Part shown: piece after piece, positions 1 to 13,799 of the stretch | How the letters are laid out: each line of letters begins with the position of its first letter | Numbering within the stretch: position 1 is the stretch's first letter | Notes under the pieces: model-generated | Database searches by the model: none | Told to the model about the DNA's origin: nothing | Seen by the model: only the letters and a program-made list of their open reading frames with translations | Program-made: the position numbers and the translations under genes | NCBI GenBank assembly: GCA_038889235.1 | Contig: JAWAHN010000001.1 | Span: 1,034,499 to 1,066,498 of the forward strand | DNA: 32,000 nucleotides | Origin: Candidatus Jordarchaeales archaeon | Lineage (GTDB): Archaea; Asgardarchaeota; Jordiarchaeia; Jordiarchaeales; Freyrarchaeaceae | Direction of reading: 5' to 3'

Positions 1-39
1 CGTGACTTTAAGCAACGGCTTAAAGACCTAACACTGTGA
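1..39 (+). CDS. 3' end of an upstream gene truncated by the window edge (…RDFKQRLKDLTL*)
   Basis: Frame 1 is open from base 1 to TGA at 37-39, immediately before the SD-like GGAGGT (41-46) of the next gene, suggesting an operon. Too short to identify. Confidence 0.5.
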   Translation, partial: RDFKQRLKDLTL

Positions 40-53
40 GGGAGGTCAGCATT

Positions 54-788
54 TTGGGTTTACGCGAAATCCGTGAAAGAATTGAGATGAAGAAAAGTAT
101 GGAAAAAAAGGCTCTCGAACTTAAACTGGAAGAACTAGAGAAGGAGCTTGAAAACGCGATGATGGTCAAAGAGAAGATAGAAAGTATCGCTGAAAAGTAC
201 GGAGTTATCATAGCGGCTAGTCCTAAATTTCAAGAGGAAGTAAAGCTTCTAAGAGAAAAATACGGGATACCCGAAAGCGCGGTCATATCTCAAATAGTGA
301 AAGAGGAAGACGTGTTAAAAGAAAGAATGTTTGGCCTATCTAAGAGCATAGATTACGAAAAACTTGGATTATTGATCTATCAACGTGCACTTTTCAGGCG
401 TAAGGAAACGGGAGGGGTCATGTCCCTTGGGGAAGTGTGCCTCCTGATAGACACAGGCAAGCTCAAAGGTAAAATTAAAATGGATGATGTGAAGCGCGCT
501 CTTAAAGAATTGGAGAAAAAACGTGTAATTCCCGGGTTACGCCAGCTTAAATCAGGAGTGGAAATCGCTATATTTATTCCGGCTGAGTTAAGTGACGATC
601 AAAATGAAGTTCTAAATTTGGCTAGTGAAAAAGGCTTCATCACGTTAGAAGAATTAATGGTGAAGACTGGTTGGACAAAAGAGCGAGCTGAAAGAGTACT
701 AAAATCGTTAGAAGAAAGTGGGATTGCCAGGAAAGAAGAAAGTTATGCATATGGAGAAAAATATTACTTCCCCGGACTAACTCGTTGA
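54..788 (+). CDS. ESCRT-II subunit, Vps22/Snf8 (EAP30/Vps36 family)-like protein
   Basis: Resembles eukaryotic Snf8 along its length: N-terminal helix, ASPKFQEEV..GIP, ETGGVMSLGEV (cf. NGGLITLEEL), IPAELSDDQNEVLNLASEKGFITLEEL..GWTKERAERVLKSLEESG tandem winged helices. Start placed at in-frame TTG 54, 7 nt after GGAGGT; ORF track uses GTG 36. Confidence 0.85.
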   Translation: MGLREIRERIEMKKSMEKKALELKLEELEKELENAMMVKEKIESIAEKYGVIIAASPKFQEEVKLLREKYGIPESAVISQIVKEEDVLKERMFGLSKSIDYEKLGLLIYQRALFRRKETGGVMSLGEVCLLIDTGKLKGKIKMDDVKRALKELEKKRVIPGLRQLKSGVEIAIFIPAELSDDQNEVLNLASEKGFITLEELMVKTGWTKERAERVLKSLEESGIARKEESYAYGEKYYFPGLTR

Positions 789-1561
789 ACTTGTTTTATC
801 TTTTCCTTCCCCTAGTGGTTTTCCATCTATTGTCATCATAGGCCTTGCAGGTATACCCGCCCAAACTTGGTTTGGCGGTATTCTAGTGCCTGATAGTACT
901 AAGGACATCGCCCCAACTACAGAGTTATCTCCTATTTCAACATCTGGGAATATTACGCTGTTTCCGCCTATGACAACATTCTTTCCTATCTTAACTCTTC
1001 CTATGCGCAATTTCCCCCTGTCGAACACATGCCCCGAAATTATGGATCCACCTCCAGCTATAGAACCATCTCCCATTTCCACTAGATATGGGTCTGCTAC
1101 AAACGAAGCCATGGAACCCTTTCCCATTTTAGCTCCAAGTCGTCTTAGCACGTATGCTCCAAGCCCTGGCATGCCAAATGGCCTGTTCCTGGCGAGGGGC
1201 TTCCCTACGCCAGTTCGAACCCTATATAGTGGAGAGCAAGGCATGTTACTAATCCGTTACGAAGCCAGTTCACCACGTTGGGGTTTCTTGGGCTCATCTC
1301 GTGCACTCCCTCCTCTACCGGCCTTATGGATCGTCCTGCCATGAACAGCAACGTTAAATTAAATGTCCACCTCGCGATAACATAGTATGCAGGTGCCAGA
1401 GCTACTAGCAGAAATAATGGTAACCTGAGAACTTCCATCATGAAGTAGACTAAAACCACGACTGGAATTATCCCTACAGTAGATGCGGCCAATAGGTACC
1501 CGACTAATAACCCGAGTAAGTTCGGAACTTTTTCCTCCCTTTTTTCATTGCTCAATTCCAA
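777..1561 (-). CDS. Membrane-anchored left-handed beta-helix (hexapeptide-repeat) acyltransferase-like protein, interrupted by a 32-nt BHB intron; exons 1561..1215 and 1182..777, 250 aa spliced
   Basis: ORF 1205..1561 encodes two hydrophobic segments. ORF 777..1244 encodes hexapeptide repeats (VKIGKNVVIGGNSVIFPDVEIGDNSVVGAMSLV) and VWAGIPARP. Removing 1183..1214 joins them in frame: …LHYIGFE/PFGMPGLGAYVLRRLGAKMGK…. Confidence 0.85.
1183..1214 (-). other. Candidate BHB intron in a protein-coding gene (ACUGGCGUAGGGAAGCCCCUCGCCAGGAACAG)
   Basis: Central helix GUUC/GAAC, 3-nt bulges GA^A and AG^G on opposite strands, inner stem CUGGCG(U)AGGG/CCCUCGCCAG, outer GG/CC. The 32-nt excision removes the TAG at 1205-1207 and restores the frame. 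Confidence 0.85.
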
Positions 1562-2456
1562 CCCCCCAAAGTTATTCTATTATGTTTACTTTTCATCAAA
1601 TAGAGAATAAAAATTCTTTCAGCATTTTCCATTATCATTACAGTTATTCATAACTAGAACACATCCTCTTTTAATTTCAAGAGGAATTTGCTCAGGGCTG
1701 CTGTAATGCCTACTTGTAAGGGTAGCATGCTGTAAAGTAATGGTTCGGTATATGGTGCTATGAGCCAAACGAGTAGGAGTAGTGGTAGGAACATAACGAT
1801 TCCTGCCACTATGGTTACTCTGCTTTCAATTTCTAAATTGTACCTTTGGTAATTTTCTTTGATTTTACTCCTAGCTTCCATTATTGCCAGTCTCCAGTCT
1901 GCATGTAGCTTCGCTGGCTTAAGTAGCATGTAACCCTGCTTTCTAAGTACTTTTAGGGGGGTTTTTTCGATTATGTCCAAAAAAGATTCATCGGCGCTCT
2001 CGCTTCCAAACAAAATATCCTTCAACTTCTTTTTGAAAAAGGATGCTATCACTTGATCTTCAAGTTCCGCTAATATTTCAAACGCATTATGGATGTTTCC
2101 AGTCGCGGCTTCTGAAAACAAGAACGTTTCTAGAATAATATCTGCATACTGGATGTATCTTGTTTTCAAACCTTTCATTTCTCCCAAGAAAAGAAAGATA
2201 GGTAAATTGAATGAGATTAAGAACATGCTAACTGAAATTGTTGTTGCTAATAAGTAGTCTTTCTTGAAAGCTACCGTGCACATGAAAGTGCCCACACTTA
2301 CGATAAGGCCTATAATCAAGCATCCACCGTAGAGTTCTCCTCCACTAATCTTATACTCTTCTAAAACTAACCTAAATTCGTCTTCAAGTTCCTTCTCGAT
2401 TTTCTTTTTTATCCGTGCTGGAACTAGGACTGATAGTGTTCGACACAACTTAATTA

Positions 2457-4694
<2,238 letters not shown>

Positions 4695-4865
4695 AAGATG
4701 CTTAAAGCGCTTACCCGCCCAAAAAGAATTTATACTTTGCACCCATTTTTTTCCTGAAGCCACCGTTACATTAAAAAGTTTTGCATGTAGTAACAAATGC
4801 ATGGAGCGCACTTCTACTAACAGCCTTAATTTGTTTTTAAAGAAATTTCGAATTGAGGTGGATCT

Positions 4866-7800
4866 ATGTCTAATAGTTATCTGACAAATGAGGACAGATG
4901 GGTCCTCGTCGAAGCTTTTATCGAAGAAAAAGGCTTGGTCCGCCAGCACCTTGCATCTTACAATGACTTCGTAGAACATGGCATGCAAGCAGTGGTAAAC
5001 GAAGTTGGCAAGATCGAGATAGAAGGAGAAGACTATTACGTAAAACTGGGAAAGATAGAAGTAGGCTATCCTCCAGCAATAAAGGAAGCTGACGGTTCCC
5101 GCAACTTAATAACCCCCGCCGAGGCAAGGATAAGAAACCTCACATACTCCGCCCCAATATACCTAGAAATGTCGGTAGTCTACAAGGTTGACGGGAGGGA
5201 GGTAGAAGAAGAACCTGTCCAAGTATACATAGGACAGCTGCCAATCATGTTAAAGTCTGTAAAATGCCCCCTGTCAACTATGAGCCGAGAAGAACTTATT
5301 GAAATAGGGGAAGATCCAGACGATCCTGGAGGATACTTCATAATAAATGGTTCAGAAAGGGTTCTCGTTACACAGGAAGACTTGGCTCCCAACAGAATTC
5401 TTGTAGAAGAAATGGATAAAGGAGGCCCTATCACTCACGTAGCTAAAGTTTTCAGTACTGCAAGAGGCTTTAGGGCTCCAGTGACTATGGAACGGAGGCG
5501 AGACGGCACCATAAAAGTGTCGTTCCCAGCAATTCCTGGAAAAATACCTCTTGTGGTTTTGATGCGCGCTTTGGGATTAGTGACCGACCAACAAGTGGCA
5601 AGCACCATAGACTCGAGTGATCCCGAAATTCTGAATGAATTTATCCTCTCAATAGACGAGGCATCTTCAATTTCCACCAGAGAGGATGCACTCGACTACA
5701 TAGGAAAACGTGTTGCTGTAGGTCAAACAAGGGAGTACAGGATAAAGCGCGCAGAGCAAGTCCTAGACAAATACTTACTACCCCACATAGGAACAGATCC
5801 GGAGTCACGTTTGAAAAAAGCGTTTTACTTAGGTCAAATGGCCCAACGACTCATTGAACTTGCACTTAAAAAGCGAGAGCCAGATGACAAGGACCACTAT
5901 GCTAACAAGCGCCTTAAGTTAGCTGGTAGTTTACTGCTGAGCTTGTTTAGAGTTGCGTTCCTAAATCTTTGCAAAGACATAAAATACCAGCTAGAAAGAA
6001 TGGCGACAAGAGGAAAGCGTCGCAGCATAGCGAACGCTGTTCGTGCAGATGTGATAACTGACAGGTTATACCACGCTCTGGCAACCGGGAACTGGGTGGG
6101 CGGCAAGTCCGGTGTAAGCCAACTCCTAGACCGAACAAACTACTTGGCTTCACTAAGCCACTTAAGGCGTGTCGTCTCCCCACTAAGCAGAAGTCAACCA
6201 CATTTCGAAGCAAGAGACTTGCATCCGACTCACTGGGGGAAAGTCTGTCCCAATGAGACTCCTGAAGGACCAAATTGCGGTCTTGTGAAAAACCTCGCCC
6301 TGCTAGCATACATATCAGTAGGGATAGATGAAAGTGAGATCGAAAACAAGCTCATAGAACTAGGTCTCCGCCCAATAGAAGAGCTCGGAAGAATAGCTGG
6401 TGTTGAAGGCGCCAAAGTATTCTTAAACGGAAGGCTTGTCGGCTTCCACAGCGACCCAGAACTGCTTGTTAAACGTATCAGGGAGCTCAGAAGATCGAAT
6501 ATTATACATGACGAAGTAAACGTGGCATATTACGAAGACGCCAATGAAGTTCAAATCAATTGTGATGCAGGACGGGCAAGACGCCCATACATTATAGTTG
6601 AGAACGGGACTCCGAGGCTTAAACCAGAACACGTGGAAAAGCTGAAAAGAAAGGAATGGACGTTTTCAGATCTGGTTAGACGAGGAATAGTTGAATACCT
6701 CGACGCGGAGGAGGAGGAAAACTCCCGCGTAGCTCTAAACTTGGAAGATATTGACGAGGAAACCACTCACCTAGAAATTATGCCGACAACGATTTTAGGA
6801 ATTTCTGCCGGAATAATCCCCTATGCTGAACACAACCAGAGTCCAAGAAACACCTACGAAGCAGGTATGGCCAAGCAAGCCCTAGGACTTTTCGCCTCAA
6901 ACTACAAGCTTAGAATGGATACAAGATCTCATATCTTACACTACCCACAAACCCCAATAGTTACTACTAAGGTCGGCAAGCTATCTGGCTTTGAAAAAAG
7001 GCCTGCAGGGCAGAACTTCATAGTTGCAGTCTTATCCTATGAAGGGTACAACATAGAAGATGCGCTCATAATAAATAAGGCGTCCATAGAGCGCGGCATA
7101 GGCCGCTCATTCTTCTTCAGGTGTTACGAGGCAGAGGAAAGAAAATATCCAGGAGGACAAGAGGACAGGTTTGAAATCCCCGATCAAAGTGTAAGAGGCT
7201 ATAGGCAACCTGAAGTGTACAAGCGCCTATCCGAAGACGGAATAGTAGAGCCCGAAACCGAAGTAGCAGGGGGCGAAGTGATAATAGGTAGGACTAGTCC
7301 ACCGAGGTTCCTTGAAGAGCGAGCCGAATTCGAGGTCCTCTCACCAATAAGGCGAGAAACCTCAGTCAGCATAAGACACGGAGAAAAGGGAACAGTAGAC
7401 ACCGTCATACTCACGGAGACCATAGACGGAAACCGTCTCGTGAAAGTTAAGATACGCGACCAGAGGATACCCGAATTAGGAGATAAGTTTGCGACAAGGC
7501 ATGGGCAAAAAGGAGTCATAGGCATGATAGTCCCACAGGAAGACATGCCTTTCACAGAAGACGGAATAGTCCCTGATTTAATAATAAACCCACATGCATT
7601 TCCGTCAAGGATGACCCTAGGGCAACTAATAGAGTCTCTTGCTGGAAAAGTAGGTTGCCTAGCGGGAAGAAAAGTAGACGGAACAACATTCTGCGGAGAA
7701 AAACCCGAAGACCTATGCGAAGAACTCAAACGCTTAGGATTTAAGTACAACGGGAAGGAAGTAATGTATAACGGTATCACAGGCGAAAAATACGAAGTAG

Positions 7801-8213
7801 ACATATTCATAGGCGTTGTCTACTACCAGAAGTTACACCACATGGTAGCAGACAAAATGCACGCTCGCTCAAGAGGCCCCATACAAATACTGACTAGGCA
7901 GCCAACTGAGGGCAGAGCTAGAGAAGGCGGATTAAGATTCGGAGAAATGGAACGCGACTGCCTTATAGGAATGGGCGCGGCACTACTACTCAAAGAAAAG
8001 CTTGTAGACGAGTCGGACAGGACGGAAATCTACGTCTGTGAAGAATGCGGTGGCCTAGCGGTCCAGACGCAAAACAAGAAGCTCTACTGCCCGCTGTGCG
8101 GCGAAAAAGTCCGCATATCAAAAGCGGTAGTAAGCTACGCGTTCAAACTACTAATCCAGGAAATGATGTCGATGTGCATATTCCCAAGGCTAAAACTAGA
8201 AAGCATAATTTAG
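4866..8213 (+). CDS. rpoB: DNA-directed RNA polymerase subunit B (single fused chain)
   Basis: [49 protein letters not shown] and C-terminal Zn ribbon. SD GAGGTG upstream of the ATG. Confidence 0.99.
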   Translation: MSNSYLTNEDRWVLVEAFIEEKGLVRQHLASYNDFVEHGMQAVVNEVGKIEIEGEDYYVKLGKIEVGYPPAIKEADGSRNLITPAEARIRNLTYSAPIYLEMSVVYKVDGREVEEEPVQVYIGQLPIMLKSVKCPLSTMSREELIEIGEDPDDPGGYFIINGSERVLVTQEDLAPNRILVEEMDKGGPITHVAKVFSTARGFRAPVTMERRRDGTIKVSFPAIPGKIPLVVLMRALGLVTDQQVASTIDSSDPEILNEFILSIDEASSISTREDALDYIGKRVAVGQTREYRIKRAEQVLDKYLLPHIGTDPESRLKKAFYLGQMAQRLIELALKKREPDDKDHYANKRLKLAGSLLLSLFRVAFLNLCKDIKYQLERMATRGKRRSIANAVRADVITDRLYHALATGNWVGGKSGVSQLLDRTNYLASLSHLRRVVSPLSRSQPHFEARDLHPTHWGKVCPNETPEGPNCGLVKNLALLAYISVGIDESEIENKLIELGLRPIEELGRIAGVEGAKVFLNGRLVGFHSDPELLVKRIRELRRSNIIHDEVNVAYYEDANEVQINCDAGRARRPYIIVENGTPRLKPEHVEKLKRKEWTFSDLVRRGIVEYLDAEEEENSRVALNLEDIDEETTHLEIMPTTILGISAGIIPYAEHNQSPRNTYEAGMAKQALGLFASNYKLRMDTRSHILHYPQTPIVTTKVGKLSGFEKRPAGQNFIVAVLSYEGYNIEDALIINKASIERGIGRSFFFRCYEAEERKYPGGQEDRFEIPDQSVRGYRQPEVYKRLSEDGIVEPETEVAGGEVIIGRTSPPRFLEERAEFEVLSPIRRETSVSIRHGEKGTVDTVILTETIDGNRLVKVKIRDQRIPELGDKFATRHGQKGVIGMIVPQEDMPFTEDGIVPDLIINPHAFPSRMTLGQLIESLAGKVGCLAGRKVDGTTFCGEKPEDLCEELKRLGFKYNGKEVMYNGITGEKYEVDIFIGVVYYQKLHHMVADKMHARSRGPIQILTRQPTEGRAREGGLRFGEMERDCLIGMGAALLLKEKLVDESDRTEIYVCEECGGLAVQTQNKKLYCPLCGEKVRISKAVVSYAFKLLIQEMMSMCIFPRLKLESII

Positions 8214-8214
8214 C

Positions 8215-8667
8215 CTAGAAGCCGATCTTACTTTTACTTTCTCCAACTATAACTGAACGCACACCCCTAACCCCTTCAAGCATGGCCACTTTATTTTGCA
8301 TAAATGAGAAAAACTCATCAATTCCTTCAGTTCTAACAAACACTACAGCGCACGGCTCCCCCCCAACACCCACAAAAACATCGCTAACTTCAGAAAAAGA
8401 GTAAAGCTTTTCGGAAACATAACTAATTCTTCCAGGGTCAACGTCTATTATGAGAACAGCCAAAAACTCAAAACCCAACTTTTTCCAATCCACCTCAACA
8501 GTAAACTTCCTGATGACCCCTCGCTTCACTAGTTTCTTAATTCTATTCGCAACGGTTCCGGCACTAACCCCAACCATTATGGAGATTTCACTAAAACTCT
8601 TCCTTCCGTCATTAAGAAGGATTGAAATAATCTTACGGTCAACATCATCAATTTTCTCATCTGGCAT
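8215..8667 (-). CDS. Lrp/AsnC family transcriptional regulator
   Basis: IDDVDRKIISILLNDGRKSFSEI..GVSAGTVANRIKKLVKRGVI HTH plus a C-terminal RAM-like domain. Confidence 0.92.
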   Translation of the reverse strand: MPDEKIDDVDRKIISILLNDGRKSFSEISIMVGVSAGTVANRIKKLVKRGVIRKFTVEVDWKKLGFEFLAVLIIDVDPGRISYVSEKLYSFSEVSDVFVGVGGEPCAVVFVRTEGIDEFFSFMQNKVAMLEGVRGVRSVIVGESKSKIGF

Positions 8668-8773
8668 ACCTTAACCCTCTCCGTTAGAAATCTCCTCAAA
8701 ACGACAGAACTAATGTTGATAAAAGGTAATTATATTTCTCTTTTCTCCTAACAAGCTTTTATAAAACTTCAAT

Positions 8774-8799
8774 AACCTTTTTTTAATAAAAAAGAGGTT
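8774..8799 (-). terminator. T-rich/inverted-repeat terminator of tRNA-Lys
   Basis: On the minus strand AAACCTCTTTTTTATTAAAAAAAGGTT follows the tRNA 3' end directly: a T-tract inside an imperfect palindrome. Confidence 0.5.
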
Positions 8800-8844
8800 T
8801 ACGGGCTGGGCGGGATTTGAACCCGCGGCCGCCGGGTTAAAAGC

Positions 8845-8863
8845 TTCGCCCGTTTTTATTTGT
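8845..8863 (-). other. tRNA-Lys intron 3 (19 nt, position 30/31)
   Basis: Central helix CGCC/GGCG, bulges GG^A and AA^G, outer helix AAAG/CUUU; excision completes the anticodon stem CCGGG/CCCGG. Confidence 0.85.
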
Positions 8864-8871
8864 CCGGCGCT

Positions 8872-8894
8872 TTAGGCGAGCCACGACTTTAGCT
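8872..8894 (-). other. tRNA-Lys intron 2 (23 nt, position 22/23)
   Basis: Central helix AGGU/GCCU, bulges AG^A and AA^A; excision gives GGUAGAGC. Confidence 0.75.
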
Positions 8895-8902
8895 CTACCT
8901 AG

Positions 8903-8919
8903 TTCCCCGGCAGCTGCCT
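8903..8919 (-). other. tRNA-Lys intron 1 (17 nt, position 15/16)
   Basis: GCUC AG^A GGC AGCU GCC GGGG AA^C UA. Central helix has one G.G mismatch, so the boundaries may shift by 1-2 nt. Confidence 0.7.
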
Positions 8920-8963
8920 CTGAGCTACCAGCCCACTCGGGTCTAATGTTTACACCTCTCTCC

Positions 8964-8976
8964 CTTATATTTTTCG
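8964..8976 (-). promoter_or_regulatory. BRE/TATA-like element of the tRNA-Lys promoter
   Basis: CGAAAAATATAAG on the minus strand, about 30 nt upstream of the mature tRNA 5' end. Confidence 0.55.
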
Positions 8977-9573
8977 GTGAACCCGCGTTGTCACCTCTCA
9001 GAAAAACTTTTATCCGCATTCGTGTGTCTTGTCTTTCGTCTTTTGGGGGTTTTAGGGTTGCAGGAGACCGAATTAGTTGAGCGGTGGGTCAAAGTCCTAC
9101 TTTCTTGTGTAGTTGCTTCATCTTTCAGTATCACATTTGCGCTTGCTGTTTACTCGCTTGAAGGTTTGTTTTTTTCGTTCCCACAATCCTTCTACGTGCT
9201 GTCATCCATAGGATGCTTTTCGTTCGCCCTCCTCCTGTTAGCATTTGCACACGTTTACTTTAAACGCGTGGAAAGAACCCTGCAAGAAAAAAGTGTTCTA
9301 TTTCGAAGGGTGAAACAAGTTGGTTTGCAAATGCTCAAAATGGGCCTCTCATTTGCAAGCCTTTCTACACTACCCTTGGCATACCTGTTTTTACGTTCCT
9401 TTTTGCTTACCTCCAATTTAATTCAACTTACTGTACTTTACTTGCATCCACTTTACCTTTTACAACTCATACTTCCTATTGACGTTTACATTTCACGCCT
9501 GTTCTTCATTATATGTCTCTGCCCAGCATCTATTCTTCTACTCGAGGGATTAGTCCTCTACAAGAAAATGTAA
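8977..9573 (+). CDS. Hypothetical multi-pass membrane protein
   Basis: 198-codon ORF filling the gap between tRNA-Lys and cdc48, with about 4 hydrophobic segments. No family recognised; start uncertain. Confidence 0.5.
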   Translation: MNPRCHLSEKLLSAFVCLVFRLLGVLGLQETELVERWVKVLLSCVVASSFSITFALAVYSLEGLFFSFPQSFYVLSSIGCFSFALLLLAFAHVYFKRVERTLQEKSVLFRRVKQVGLQMLKMGLSFASLSTLPLAYLFLRSFLLTSNLIQLTVLYLHPLYLLQLILPIDVYISRLFFIICLCPASILLLEGLVLYKKM

Positions 9574-9594
9574 GGAAGCTAAAAAGAGAAAGCC

Positions 9595-11904
<2,310 letters not shown>

Positions 11905-12004
11905 TTAACGTATTGTCTGCCCGCCCAAATAAACGCCGCTAACCTAGATAAGGGTAAACTCTTAAAAATAAGACCTCCAATAACTCTTAATCGAGCTGTT
12001 CGAG

Positions 12005-13030
12005 GTGGAAGGTGACTTTTTGTCTCTCCCCCACTATGATACCTTAAGAAAAGATGCTGAAAGAAACCTTGAGGTAGGTAGATTCCTCAATGCAGCTAGG
12101 GAGTTTCGAGTTCTGTCGCTTGCGGCGGAAAAAGACGGAGTCTATGAGCTTGCAGGAGAGTTCGCAGCCAAATCCGGAGATTGCTGGCTTAAAATGGGTA
12201 AACATGCCGCCGCAGCGACCATGTACGAACATGCAGCAAAAAACTTTCATTTAGCAGGAAAGTTATCGCATGCAAAATCCTATTTCAAAAAAGCTTTTAC
12301 AGAATTCCTTATAGCGTCGAAAATGCCTGAAACTTCCACCTTAGATAAAGTGCTTTTCCTCGTTCGGGCGGCCAGATGCGTTTCCGCTCTCGGAGACCAA
12401 CGTACTGCCAAAACTCTCTTTTCAAAGGCTTGCGATCTCTTAGTCAACTTTGTGCCCTCCTACTTCTCCAACGAGGATTATGCCTCTGCTATGTTACACT
12501 ATCTTATCGTTATAAAGCTTTGTGAAGAGATGGACGACAAAGAAAAAGCTTGTCAAGTTGGTTCCTCCTTACGTGAGCTTTCTATGCGTTTTCTGCGCTT
12601 AATATCTGAAAAATCAGTGGAAGAGCAAGACAAGTTCGTTCAAGACCTCCTAAAAAACTTGCTCAACAATCCTCTGTTAAAGGAAGTTTTGGGACAACTG
12701 CCTGTTTTGTTTCAAACTTTACTTACTATTGCACCCGAGTTTCAAAGTCTAAATGTCATCCAAGTTTTGCTAAACTCTTTGTCACCATATTCAAACCCGA
12801 ACTCTACTACTGTAACGTTACATGAAACGTTTCATGAATCACCCCAACAAGCTTCAGCATCGTATGTTTCTCCACAAAGCGAGCAAATCCTTAATTTACC
12901 CTTGTTACACACTAGAACGCCACCGGAAAAACCCACAGTAAACGGGCAAAGGATGAAATCAGAACAGTTCCCCTCACAAGATTCAACGAGTGGTAATTCG
13001 TTAGATGATTTAAAGCAGGAGGAGGGCTGA
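12005..13030 (+). CDS. TPR/SNAP-like helical-repeat protein with a low-complexity S/T/Q/P-rich C-terminal tail
   Basis: Ala/aromatic helical periodicity (AAKSGDCWLKMGKHAAAATMYEHAAKNFHLAG); the last ~85 aa look disordered. GTG start. Confidence 0.6.
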   Translation: MEGDFLSLPHYDTLRKDAERNLEVGRFLNAAREFRVLSLAAEKDGVYELAGEFAAKSGDCWLKMGKHAAAATMYEHAAKNFHLAGKLSHAKSYFKKAFTEFLIASKMPETSTLDKVLFLVRAARCVSALGDQRTAKTLFSKACDLLVNFVPSYFSNEDYASAMLHYLIVIKLCEEMDDKEKACQVGSSLRELSMRFLRLISEKSVEEQDKFVQDLLKNLLNNPLLKEVLGQLPVLFQTLLTIAPEFQSLNVIQVLLNSLSPYSNPNSTTVTLHETFHESPQQASASYVSPQSEQILNLPLLHTRTPPEKPTVNGQRMKSEQFPSQDSTSGNSLDDLKQEEG

Positions 13031-13037
13031 CTAATTT

Positions 13038-13799
13038 ATGGAGTCTGATGCTTCCCAAAAATCTCTCTCTGTAGCTGAAGCAACAAGGCAAATAATTACA
13101 ACTAAACCTTCAGTGATGGACTGCCTCCGGCAGGGCGTAATAAACTTCTCAGCACTAGCGGAATCCATCAAGAACCAAGTTGCAGCGCTCTGTGGGCGCA
13201 AATCTGTCAACGTCGACTCAATAAAAATGGCGCTAATGCGTTACTCGGAGGAGCTCAAACGCAAGAAGCAGATAATTGAGCAGCAGGTATCTGACATAAT
13301 ATGCAAAAGCATACTTGAATTGAAAAACGATGTAGCCGTCTTAATCATAAGGCCAGCGTCACTTCTCTCATATTTGGACAAAATAGTGAAGCTTGTTGAG
13401 TCATCGCGCTTCCTCCAAGTGACACAAAGCGCGTCAGCGCTCACGGTAGTAACTGACCTGGAAACCAAGTCAAAGATACTTGAAATAGTAGAAAAGAAAA
13501 ATGTGATAGAAATCTTAGACGACCAGTCTGCAATAATTATCATAAGCCCCCCACAAATAATAGAAGTGCCGGGAGTTATCTCTTACATTACCGACTTGTT
13601 AGCCGGCAACAATGTTAACATCACTCAGATAATATCATGTTACACTGACACCATTTTGATTGTAAAAAGGAGTGACGCCCTTAGAGCTTACAAGTTAATT
13701 GAAGATCGCATACTGTTTTTGCGAAAACTAACATCTCACTCTAAAGAAGGTTCTAAGGAACTAACTACTGCCTTGCCCCACAATAACTACAGATCATAA
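13038..13799 (+). CDS. Conserved archaeal ACT-domain-containing protein
   Basis: N-terminal CLRQGVINFSALAE and C-terminal ACT (IEVPGVISYITDLLAGNNVNITQIISCYTDTILIV). Confidence 0.8.
   Translation: MESDASQKSLSVAEATRQIITTKPSVMDCLRQGVINFSALAESIKNQVAALCGRKSVNVDSIKMALMRYSEELKRKKQIIEQQVSDIICKSILELKNDVAVLIIRPASLLSYLDKIVKLVESSRFLQVTQSASALTVVTDLETKSKILEIVEKKNVIEILDDQSAIIIISPPQIIEVPGVISYITDLLAGNNVNITQIISCYTDTILIVKRSDALRAYKLIEDRILFLRKLTSHSKEGSKELTTALPHNNYRS

Larger units (their letters stand above)
8802..8934 (-). tRNA. tRNA-Lys(UUU) with three non-canonical introns (15/16, 22/23, 30/31); 74-nt mature body, CCA not encoded
   Basis: Reconstructed mature tRNA: GGGCTGG TA GCTC AGCTAGGTA GAGC G CCGGG CTTTTAA CCCGG CGGCC GCGGG TTCAAAT CCCGC CCAGCCC G. 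All four stems pair. Exons 8934..8920, 8902..8895, 8871..8864, 8844..8802. Confidence 0.9.

Noticed and set aside
1190-1244. Programmed -1 frameshift or stop read-through (pyrrolysine) as the explanation for the split acyltransferase
   Set aside because: No X-XXY-YYZ slippery heptamer before the UAG. Read-through stays in the wrong frame and meets another stop 20 codons later. The BHB excision explains the frame exactly.
777-1561. Pseudogene call for the split acyltransferase
   Set aside because: Both halves are otherwise intact and the single lesion coincides with a canonical BHB. A sequencing error is not formally excluded without reads.
8790-8960. Complementarity between tRNA-Lys upstream (GAGAGAGGT) and trailer (ACCTCTTTT), suggesting leader-trailer pairing or permutation
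   Set aside because: The upstream segment lies right after the TATA box and is probably not transcribed; no BHB geometry, and the exons are in normal order.
8837-9019. 60-aa ORF on the minus strand
   Set aside because: It overlaps tRNA-Lys and its introns and shows no protein features.
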